Source: Octopus vulgaris (taxonomy: Eukaryota). From it: 64,000 nucleotides of DNA. Positions 13,951 to 24,957 of this stretch are shown here, in pieces. The position numbers and the translations under genes were made by a program. Each line of letters begins with the position of its first letter. The first letter of the stretch is position 1. The notes beneath the pieces were generated by a model. It was not told the origin of the DNA. It searched no databases and was given only the letters and a program-made list of their open reading frames with translations. The stretch is taken from assembly GCA_951406725.2 (NCBI GenBank), contig OX597821.1, positions 41,044,001 to 41,108,000 on the forward strand. Direction: 5' to 3'.

Positions 13951-15145
13951 ACAGGTGTGGCAGTATGGCACAGGTGCATGCATAGCTATGCAGTAAAATG
14001 CTTGCTTCCCAACTATGTGATTCCAGGTTCAGTCCCACTGAATGATGCATGGTTTCTACTTTAGCTTTGGGACGACCAACCCTTTGTGAGTGAATTTAGT
14101 TGACAGAAAGTAAAAGAAACCTGACATGTGTGTGTGCGTGCATATGTGTGTGTGTGCATCTGTGTGTACATGTATGTGTGTGTGTGTGTATCTTTGCATC
14201 TGTGTTTCTTTCCCACTACCACTTGACAACCGATGTTGGTGTGTTTATGTCCCTGTAACTTAGTGGTTTAGCAAAAAGCAAGTGATAGAATATATACCAA
14301 GTTTTAAAATATAGGTACCCGCGTCGATTTATTCGACTAAAATTCTTCAAGGCAGTGCCCCAGCATGGCCACACTCTAATGACAGAAACAACTACAAGGA
14401 AGACATGGCTGTGTTGTAAGAAACTTGTCTCCCAACCACATTGTTCCGGGTTCAGTCCCACTGTGTGGCACCTTAGGCAAGTGTCATCTGCTATAACCTT
14501 GGGTCAAACAAAGCCTTGTGAGTGGATTTGGCAGATGGAAACTGAAAGAAGCCCATAGTATTTTATTTTATTATCTGTATCAGTCATGTGACTGCAGCCT
14601 ATTCTATTGGTCTCTATTGCCAAACCTCTAAGTTATGGGAACATAATTAAACCCAGCATTTGTTGTGAAGTGATGTTGTGGTGACAAACATCAACACACA
14701 AACATATACACGTATATATATTTATATATATGACAGGCTTCTTTCAGTTTCCATCTACCAAATCCACTTACAAGGCTTTGGTCAGCCCAAGGCTATAGTA
14801 GAAGACACTTGCCCAAGGCGCCACGCAGTGGGACTGAACCTGGAATCATGTGGTTGGTAAGCAAGCTACCTACTAAGCAGCCACTGTCCGTGTTTGTCCC
14901 CCCACCATTGCTTGACAACCGATGATGGTGTGTGTACGTCCCCATAACTTAGCAGTTCGGCAAAAGAGATCGATAGAATAAGTACTAGGCTTACACCAAT
15001 GTTGGTGTGCTTATGTCCCTGTGACTTAGTGGTTCAGCAAAAAGCGAGTGATAGAATAAATACCAGGCTTTAAAAAAATAGGTACACGGGTCGATTTATT
15101 CAACTAAAATTCATCAAGGCAGTGCCCCAGCATGGCCACAGTCAC
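13950..15145. mobile_element. Cluster of nested CORE-like SINEs (+ 13950-14390; + head 14400-14557; - copy 14580-14885; + tails 14886-15145)
   Basis: Each segment aligns by eye to the family seen at 3697-4062 and 41170-41600. Confidence 0.8.
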
Positions 15146-15559
15146 ACATGGAACTCTCTCATACACTACTCAGAGTTTCCTTGTAAATCATATGTGGAAG
15201 TGTATGTGTGTATGAGTGGGTGAGCGTAAAACTATGTGAGAGTATGAGCATGTATGGGAGCATGTATGTGTACAAGTAAACAAATACGTGTACTGTGCTC
15301 CATGTATTCATGTGTGCATGTGTATGTGTGGTAATGTGTGAGGCTGTGTAACATGTGTGTGTGTGAGGCTATTAGATATGAGTGTGTGTGTGTGTCTGGA
15401 AACGTGTATAGTAGCTAATATGTGCATGTACAGATAGCATGTGCTTTGTACAAATAGTATGTGCATGTGTATGTGTGTGAGTGTTTGTGCATCAAGTGTG
15501 CGTGTGTTTATGCATGTGTATGTATGAGAATAAGTGTGTGTGTAAATGGGGTCATTAGA

Positions 15560-15728
15560 TATCATCATCATCATCATCATCATCGTTTAACGTCCGTTTT
15601 CCGCGCTAGCACGGGTTGGACGGTTCGACTGGGGTCTGGGAAGCCAGGGGCTGCACCAGGCTCCAGTCTGATCTGGCAGAGTTTCTACAGCTGGATGCCC
15701 TTCCTAACGCCAACCACTCCATGAGTGT
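15560..15728 (-). mobile_element. RTE-associated 3'-end repeat with (GAT)n tail
   Basis: (CAT)n-CGTTTAACGTCCG...GGATGCCCTTCCTAACGCCAACC, the same sequence as the 3' end of the RTE at 46620-47515. Further copies near 25144, 25387, 39600, 43010, 53444, 54540, 59200, 60340, 60840 and 63600. Confidence 0.8.
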
Positions 15729-15770
15729 ATATATATATATATATAGACAGACAGACAAACAGACAGGCAA

Positions 15771-15927
<157 letters not shown>

Positions 15928-16747
15928 GTTATTATTGAGGGATTATCAATCTGGACAAAATACTTCTTAAGTGCTCTGCTAATACCAATACACCAGGCTA
16001 ACAAAAGGTTTTCTGGTTGGTCTAGAACTGCAAAGAATTCTGATACCTCTAGGTACTCTATCACTTGGTATACAGACTCTGAAGATGATTATATTTTAAG
16101 GCTCTTCAAAATTTTTATTCAGTCAACCAACCAATTGTGTAAATGAAACTATGAACGCACCTAAAATGCATATCAGAAACAGCTGTAAGTCTACAATGTA
16201 CAAATGTATGTATAAATCCAATTATTCATGCCTTGTGTGTTTGTGTGTGTGTGTGTGTGCGTGTGTGTTAATAAATTGAGAAACAGGTAGGAAATTGTGT
16301 AGAAGACATCAAAAAACTTAATGAATAAATACAATAAAGTAAATTGACTAAATGAATTAAGATGAAATGAAATAACATAAACAAAGAACTTTGCTACAAT
16401 TGATCTTTTAAATTGGTGGTTATGATAAAAATAATTAATATCTGCTCATGTTTATATATTCATATACAAGTATATTAATATATATATACACACAAACTTA
16501 TATATGTATATAAAATTATATATACCCACAAAACACACACTCACATATATATATATATCCACATATACACATAAGCTATGCAAACGGCATATACATGTAA
16601 GCATATAAGTGCATATACACATACATATACCTGGTTACAAAGCTGATATATATTGAAGCCTTCATTAATGTCACTGGCTCTGACTACACTACTTGCAGGG
16701 AGACTTTTCCATACTGCTTGCTCATCATCAATTTTGTTGCTATAATT

Positions 16748-17195
16748 ATCTCTTTATTGCCCGCATAGAGGGGACAAACAAGGATAGACAAAGGGATTAA
16801 GTTGATTACATCAACCCCAGTGCATAACTGTTACTTATTCAATCAACCCCGAAAGGATGAAAGGCAAAGTCGACCTCAGCAAAATTTGAACTTAGAACAT
16901 AAAAACAGATGAAATACCTATTTCTTTACTACCCACAAGGGGCTAAACACAGAAGGGACAAACAAGGACAGACAAACGGATTAAGTTAATTACATCGACC
17001 CCAGTGTGTAACTGGTACTTATTTAATCGACCCCGAAAGGATGAAAGGCAAAGTCCACCTCAGCGGAATTTGAACTCAGAACGTAATGGCAGATGAAATA
17101 CCGCTAAACGTTCTGTTCGACGTGCTAACAACACTGTCAACTCATCACTAGTCATTTTACCCGACATGCTAACGATTCTGCTGGCTCACCGCCCT
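16748..17195 (-). mobile_element. Nin/Deu-like SINE nested inside the head of another copy
   Basis: Outer copy 16748-16918 resumes at about 17150-17195; inner copy spans about 16919-17148. The outer flanks share TTTTGTTGCT(T)ATAAT. Confidence 0.8.
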
Positions 17196-17799
17196 ATTTT
17201 GTTGCTATAATACCAGAAGTATGATATAATGCAGTACTTGTATCCACAGCAATCATATGATTGTGATCCACCTCTTTCTAAGCCAATTAACTACTGAAAG
17301 TCTTCGCTGCAATCTAATGAAGCACTCATCAATCATAATTTGTTTTTACGATATTGTTTTCTATATTAACCACTTCACAGAGAATGTACAGCATACAGGT
17401 TATTGATAGGTTCTCACATATTAGTGGGATCTGAGGCAGCTGATGCTCATGTTGTAATTCTGTAGAATAAAATGAGTAGGATAAATATGGTCAGGAAATT
17501 GCTGCTCTGGAGAGGAATGACATAGCTTTACATGTAATCAAGAGCATTTGTATGTGCAGCAGAAGCACTATTTTGGATAGGTGCGCAGTGCTCTGAAAGG
17601 AATTATAATTAAACTTTGTCAATTAATCTCATAAAGGAATTATTTCTCTTCTCTAAAATTACCACGAGTGTATTAAGCCATAACAGCATTTGGTAGTGTA
17701 GGAGAAGCTTTCAGTTATTGTGGCATGGAAATCAAAATATTACATGGATTTATTCTTTAAATTCATTACTGAAATCAACATTGATAATAATCTAATATT

Positions 17800-18026
17800 T
17801 TAACCTTTTCGTTACTGTATTTATTTTGAGATGCTGTGTTTCTTTCAATTACTTTGAATATAACAAAGAATTTAATAAAATAGCTTAGTTACCATTAAGC
17901 TAGTGTTAGGAACATAAACTGTGACTAATTTTTGGTGGAAGATATTAATTCAAAACTTATGAAAACAAGATACTTGTCCTCAGAGTCAGAGCTGGTTTCA
18001 GCCAGGTTGGTAATGAAAGGGTTAAA
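17800..18026. mobile_element. piggyBac-type MITE
   Basis: TTAA|CCTTTTCGTTAC ... GTAATGAAAGGG|TTAA termini. Reverse-complement homolog of 37258-37492. Confidence 0.8.
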
Positions 18027-18295
18027 TATTTGGTTTAAATATTAGCACAGGAAAATTTTCTTTCATATGTATTTGCATATTACAAAAAAAAACAAACAAA
18101 ATCATATTTTTACAAATAAATATTATTTCTTATGGCAAATCATTCAGAAGTAGAATCCATTGTGATCCTGATACTGTTTTGATCAGTTGTGTAAGAGGGC
18201 CACAGAGGCAGTTGCCCTCAGGACAAAATTCTTAAAGATGCAAATTTTCAAAGAAAAGCAAGAAATAAAACAGTAATGAGAATCTAGATCAGAGT

Positions 18296-18555
<260 letters not shown>

Positions 18556-18593
18556 GTCTTCTGCAAAGGCATTTAACTGTTAAAAAAAATGTC

Positions 18594-18900
18594 TTGCAGA
18601 AGAAAGCCATCAAGGAAATAGGCACTGCAGCTGAAATTAGCTCCAGAATGGCTATCGTTGATAACAGACTGAAAGTAGAACCTTTCTTTGGTGGAAGACA
18701 AGCTCAGTCCTCACTGCCCCCACTCAGATGAGGCTTACAGGCTAAGAGGCAAAATGCTTGTGACTCTGAGATACCTGCTGACAGTATGGAAGGATTTCCA
18801 GCTTTGTAATGGATTTAAAAGAGTTTGCAAAACCTCTGAATTGCTCCTGCAGTGCCTGCATAGAGCAACGCATCTCTGATATATATTTTTGCCAATAAAT
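18594..18900 (+). mobile_element. Possible 3' end of an RLE-type (Hero/NeSL-like) non-LTR retrotransposon
   Basis: LQKKAIKEIGTAAEISSR/WL (with a frameshift) resembles the recalled AI..I..AAE.AS.WLW C-terminus of Hero-like ORFs. AATAAA near 18895. Confidence 0.4.
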
Positions 18901-18967
18901 GAAAACAGCCTCCCTGCAATCCTTACTTTTCTTCAGGCTCTGGCAATGTAGGATATGCTGCTAGCCA

Positions 18968-19126
18968 GTGGTCATGGCTGTGTTGTTAAGAAGCTTGCTT
19001 TGCAATCATATGGTTTTCAGTTCAATCTCATCGCTCAGCTCCTAAGGTAAGAGTCTTCTACTATAGCCCCAGGCCAACCAATACTTTGTGAGTGAATTTG
19101 GTTGACAGAAAGCATGTGGAAGATTG

Positions 19127-19211
<85 letters not shown>

Positions 19212-19415
19212 TTTGTAGCAGTATTTGTCCTCACATCACTTGACAACCAATGTTGGTTTGTTTGCATCCCTGTAATTAAGTTTACTTGGCAAAAGAGATT
19301 GATAAATTGAGTAAGTCTTAAAAATAAGCCCAGGGATTTATTTGTTTGACCAAAATTCTTCAAGGGGTTGCTGCAGCTTGGTCTCAGTCCAAATACTGAA
19401 GCAATAAAAAATAAA
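18968..19415 (+). mobile_element. CORE-like SINE, diverged, with expanded (TG)n
   Basis: Homologous to 3697-4062. Confidence 0.75.
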
Positions 19416-21224
19416 AAATTTAAACTGTCATTTAGTCCAAGATCGGCCTTCATCAAGTAAACCTATTATAAAAGGCTCTCCAACCATGACCACCCTGTGG
19501 TTTTCTAGTGTACAGACAAGCCAAGACTATATTATCCAATGTACTTTTATCTAAGCTGGTGCAATGCAATTTGAGAGAAATTTAGCTGCTATTTCTAGTA
19601 TGCCAAACAACCATATAGAGCCTTTTTCTCATTAGCTCATGTCATCTGCAGTAGAATCTGTTGCTATTTTTGGTTTTAAGGATGTAGAATTGCCGTTACT
19701 GAAAGGAAAAATTCTGGAACTAAGAACTGAACACTGCCAACTCTGCTACAAGACATAGATTCGTTTGTTCAGATTTGTGTCAGCTTTTCCATGCTTGCAG
19801 GGATTAGAAGAACCTATAGTTCTATATTTTAGGGATGAGGAATTATGTACATTATTTACATTTGACGGATATTTGTCCTCATCTTGTTTGTTGTTAACAC
19901 ATTTTGGCTAATATACCCTCCAGCAAACTGCCATAACTGCACCCAGATCAGTGGTTCTTCACCTTGTTTTACTTATGGAGTCCTGCCTGGTTCCTGCCTT
20001 GCTCTAGTAGGCTTCCAAAGCCATTCAATGTTCATAAAAATTTTATTATATTTTTGATGTTGAATATTATTAGGATTTACTTTAAAAAATCCAAATATTT
20101 TATGCATTTCAAAAATATAATCAATTTATTGTAGATAAATTTTAACAACAAGATCTTTTATGATCTTATGGGCCTTGGTTCGGAACCATTGACCTAGATG
20201 TAACTAAGAATCGTGCATATGAATTATTGGGTTATTGGGTATTATAGTCATGAAAACATCAAGCTGCCGTTGACTGGATTTGAACCTGTAACAGAAGAGG
20301 ATGAAGCTAAATGCAACAGAACATAGCAATCTGTGTACTCTAGTGCTCCAACTTCAGTACATCAAGCAGCCAGTGATTTTTTTAATATAATGAAAACAGA
20401 GATGGAAAGAGAGAGAAAAACAGAGAGAAAGAATGAGACAGAGAGAGAGAGAGTAGAGAGAGAAGAAGAGCAAGAGAGAAAATTAAAAACGGTAAAATTG
20501 AAAGCAACTGATGTTGTTGGCATCAAGTATGCCATTGTCTTTTATAGTTTACATAATGGTAGTTGGTTTTTTTTCATACTATTTCTTTATTTAGTTTGCA
20601 TCATAAATTATAATGGAATTATTATGGGCGCATTAAAGAGCAATTTCATTTTATAATTTGTTTTCAAACATTTGCATACATAGACATACACTTACGTATA
20701 TATCATACACATGTATACTTACATGTACACGCAAACTCTCTCTCTCTCTCTCTCTCCCTCTCTCTCACACTCACACACACACATGCACACACACACACAC
20801 ACACAATTATCAAGTACTCACAAAGATACATTCACATCTTCCTGAATACTCATTCTTATGTGGACATTCGGAAGTATGTCTGTATGTGTGTGTGCATGTG
20901 TGTTTGTGAGTGTGTGTGTGTGTGTGTGAGTGTGTATGAGCGTGTGTATGTATGTGCGTGCGCATGTGTGTGTGTATGTGTGTGTCTGAGTGTGTGTATG
21001 TGTGAGTGTGTGTGAGTCTGTGTGTGTTCATCTATGAGTGTATGTCTGCATGTGTATGAGTGTGTGTATATGTATGCATGTGTGTATGTGTGTGTGCATA
21101 AGTGTGCATACATAGGAAGGTAGTTAGGTAGGTAGGAAGGTAGCTCAGTACGTACCTAGCTACGTATGTTTGTATTTATAACAACATATGTGTAGGTATA
21201 TGTGTGGGTATATATATACATACA

Positions 21225-21260
<36 letters not shown>

Positions 21261-21604
21261 CATATATACATATGTATATGTAAATGTATATGCGTACACA
21301 CATATATATGTGTGTATATATCTATACACATGTGTGACAAAAAGCAATAAGCAACAAAATTTATATATGTGTGTGTACATGTGTGTATAGTATATATATA
21401 TATATATATATTTATATAGGCATTTATATGCATAGACATGTGTGTGTGTGTGTGCATATGATTTCGTTAAGTTAATGTTAACATTTTAATGTACAAAACA
21501 TCAAAAAGTTAACTAGAAATAATTATGTGATGAAAGAAATGAAAAACCAATATCAGTCATTGCTGTAAACTATTTTAATCATTGCAGCAAATAAGGGGGA
21601 CAAA

Positions 21605-21644
21605 TCTAGACATGTTTTGCACTAATTATGACCTCATCAGTAAA
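21605..21644 (-). ncRNA. Degenerate type I hammerhead ribozyme motif
   Basis: Minus strand: UUUA-CUGAUGA-GGUCAUAAUUAGUGCA-AAA-CAU-GUC-UAGA. Stem I pairs and stem III is palindromic ACAUGU; G12 and stem II are damaged. Confidence 0.55.
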
Positions 21645-21994
21645 GGGCATACTTCACCATACATGTTAGTGGGAGGAAAAGAAAATCATTTCGTAAATGT
21701 ACAAGCATATACCATGGGTAGCACACAAAATAGAATTGTTTCCAAAAATAAATCAGGCTCAGATTCTAAACTCTGTAAAGAATATAACTTCATTAAATTT
21801 GTGTTAGTTTTTTTATTTTTTATTTTTCTATAATGGTTTGAATGGAGAAGGGAAAACATAGCACCTGACCTTTTAAAGACTCTGTGACTGTTGAAAGAAA
21901 ATTAGCACTTATTCTTAAACAAGAGATTTGACCCACATCTTCGCAAGCAATCGCCAGCTACTATTGTTCTGATTATATCAATATGGGACACAAC

Positions 21995-22034
21995 TCTATA
22001 CATGTCTTGGTTTTATAATGACCTCATCAGCAAA
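21995..22034 (-). ncRNA. Degenerate type I hammerhead ribozyme motif (tandem partner, 390 bp away)
   Basis: Minus strand: UUUG-CUGAUGA-GGUCAUUAUAAAACC-AAGA-CAU-GUA-UAGA. Stem II GGU/ACC; the GAAA is mutated. Confidence 0.55.
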
Positions 22035-22295
22035 CCACAGGGTTCATCATACTTGGATGTCAAATTCAGAAGTACTTATAAATATATTGCCTGCCCTTAA
22101 TATATACATAGATACTGCTTAGGCTGACTTGCCTTTCATCCTTTTGGAGTCAATAAATTAAGTACCAGTTGCATACTGGGGTCTATCTAATCGACTGGCC
22201 CCCTTCCCCCAAATTTCGGTCCTTGTGCCTAGAGTAGAAAAGAACATATACATAGATGTATACATACATAAACGCATTCACACACTGATATATAT

Positions 22296-22300
22296 AGTAA

Positions 22301-22334
<34 letters not shown>

Positions 22335-22401
22335 GGTGTTTGTGGAATGGTGGTGGCGGCAGCGGTGGTAGTGGTGGTAGTGGCAGCAGCGGCGGCACAG
22401 T

Positions 22402-22439
<38 letters not shown>

Positions 22440-22606
22440 CAGTAGTAGTAGTAGTAGTAGTGGTAGTGATGGTGGTGGTGGTGGTGGTAGTGGTGGTGGT
22501 GGTGGTGTTTGTGGAATGGTGGTGGCGGCAGCGGTGGTAGTGGCGGTAGTGGCAGCAGCGGCGGCACAGTAGCAGCAGCAGTAGTAGTAGTAGTAGTAGT
22601 AGTAGC

Positions 22607-22669
<63 letters not shown>

Positions 22670-22761
22670 GGTGGTGGTGGTGGTGGTAGTGGTGGTGGTG
22701 GTGGTGGTGATGGTGGTGGTGTTTGTGGAATGGTGGCGGTGGTAGCGGCAGCAGTAGCAGT

Positions 22762-22799
<38 letters not shown>

Positions 22800-22824
22800 T
22801 AGTAGTAGTAGTCGTAGTAGTAGC

Positions 22825-22870
<46 letters not shown>

Positions 22871-22905
22871 TTTGCAGCAGTTGCAGCAGTAGCAGTAGTA
22901 GTAAT
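22296..22905. repeat. Compound (GTA)/(GTG)/(GCA) trinucleotide array with a triplicated higher-order unit
   Basis: Anchor GTTTGTGGAATGGTGG recurs at about 22338, 22507 and 22721. Confidence 0.9.
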
Positions 22906-22994
22906 AATCCTTGGATGGAATTTATAGTGTAGTGATGCATTAAAATATTCATAAATTCATTCCAAAGATTATTATCATTATTATTTTAAATATT

Positions 22995-23051
<57 letters not shown>

Positions 23052-23536
23052 GTTATATTTATTCTACATTATATTAGCACAGCTCAATGCAACCCTAAAA
23101 AAATCTGGTATTTCTAGCTAGCATCTTGATGTTGTAGACAGCATAAGAGAATAGAAGCTGTTATATGCATATTCAAAACGTTTCCTGTAAACAAACTTAA
23201 AGGATATACAGGGTGTTCCGAAATTAAAGCAACCAAAGTTTTGGGCTTTAATAACTATCAATAAATGTGATAAGTTATGAAAATTATCCATCATTATAAA
23301 AGCTTAGTGTGTCTTTTATTTTTTTTGTTTCAGAGTAAAAATATTCAGATTTATAAATTAGATAATGGTTATCAAGTGAAATACAATCATAAGCCTCCAA
23401 AATAGAGGCATTATGCAATACAGCTAGATATAACTGCTGACATGTGCTGTTTAGCACATAACTGCTGACATGTGCTGTTTAGCAGATGGAAAGATTGAGT
23501 CTAAAGATATGACATAAAAAGAGAAATAGTATGTTT

Positions 23537-23926
23537 GGATGGAAGCACTCCATCGGTTACGACGATGAGGGTTCTGGTTGATTTGAATCAACGGAACAGC
23601 CTGCTCGTGAAATTAACGTGTAAGTGGCTGAGCACTCCACAGACACGTGTACCCTTAACGTAGTTCTCGGGGATATTCAGCGTGACACAGAGAGTGACAA
23701 GGCCGGCCCTTTGAAATACAGGTACAACAGAAACAGGAAGTAAGAGTGAGAGAAAGTTGTGGTGAAAGAGTACAGCAGGGATCACCACCATCCCCTGCCA
23801 GAGCCTCATGGAGCTTTAGGTGTTTTCGCTCAATAAATACTCACAACACCCGGTCTGGGAATCGAAACCGCGATCCTATGACCACGAGTCCGCTGCCCTA
23901 ACCACTGAGCCATTGCGCCTCCACTG
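23537..23926 (-). mobile_element. tRNA-derived SINE, about 390 bp family
   Basis: Minus-strand head GGAGGCGCAATGGCTCAGTGGTTAGG...GGTTTCGATTCCC. Exact TSD AATAGTATGTTT at 23525-23536 and 23927-23938. Second copy at 56856-57234. Confidence 0.9.
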
Positions 23927-24059
23927 AATAGTATGTTTACCTGATGTTTCGCTGGGAGGACAGCAACAAGGACATATAACTCTTAAAAAGAGTCTTCTCC
24001 AATATATTGTCTTCCAACTCATACTAGCACGGAAAGATAGATGTTAAAATGATACTGCT

Positions 24060-24298
24060 GTTGCTGCTGTTGTTGTTGTTGTTAAGCAACTAGACAGGTA
24101 AAGGTGATTAGGTGATGGTCAAGGGCTTAGGGGCGGGAGACCCCTGACCTTGGGAAAAAAAAAACTTTGGTTGCCTTGTAGTTGAGGGCTCTTTGTTGAT
24201 GCCTGACACCACTGGGAAGTGGTCCTCAAAGTCGCTGGAAATGGAGATCTCCAGGTCCAAATTCTTGGATGGCTGCTGCTGCTGCTGCTGCTGCTGTT
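24060..24298 (-). mobile_element. Unclassified retroposon 3' end with (CAA)n tail
   Basis: Homolog at 42540-42820; both copies are bounded by (CAG)/(CAA) repeats. Confidence 0.6.
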
Positions 24299-24638
24299 GA
24301 AGATGATGATGTATTCCATAACAATGGTATTCTCTACATCTCCCTCAGGTTTCTTTTTCACAGACGACATTGAATATTGTTTTAGTAAGAACTTCCAACC
24401 ATTTCTGGTGGGAGGGGGCACTGCCATCACTGCTGACCATATGTGTGATACCTTCCCCAAGAATCTATTTGGTTGTATCTTGAGGATTAAAACTCTAATG
24501 TCTTTTTTTTGTTCATTAGATAGTTGCACTGTCTGCTGTTCTTGAACTGCAAAAACTTAACTTTTGTAATATGGCATATTGGAATGGTGAGGAATCTAAG
24601 TGATGCTGCATCATTCTTATGTTTACTGGAGACATATA

Positions 24639-24734
<96 letters not shown>

Positions 24735-24881
24735 AGTTGTATACTGTCAACTTAACATGACAGTCCCATAAAGGGAATCACACCACCGCTATTTAGCCCT
24801 AGGAAGCATCAACGCTTCCTGTCAGCCTTGACACATTTCCTGTGTCCTTATGTTTACAAAGGGGAGACAAGCACCCCCATC

Positions 24882-24957
24882 CAGCTAAGCCTGCACCAAG
24901 AGACATGTTTCTGAGTCTTGCTCGTCATCAGTCTGGTGTAGCATGGCCTGCTAGCTG
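24882..24957 (-). ncRNA. Type I hammerhead ribozyme, best-preserved copy
   Basis: Minus strand: CUACACCAGA-CUGAUGA-C-GAG-CAAGA-CUC-A-GAA-ACAUGU-C-UCUUGGUGCAG. Long stem I extended by CAGCUA/UAGCUG; predicted cleavage after GUC between 24902 and 24901. Confidence 0.75.

Noticed and set aside
23430-23484. 28-bp tandem duplication (and a duplication of about 65 bp at 1972-2090)
   Set aside because: Ordinary local slippage duplications with no further structure.
23850-23926. tRNA genes at SINE heads
   Set aside because: They have A/B boxes but no complete cloverleaf and continue directly into SINE bodies with TSDs.
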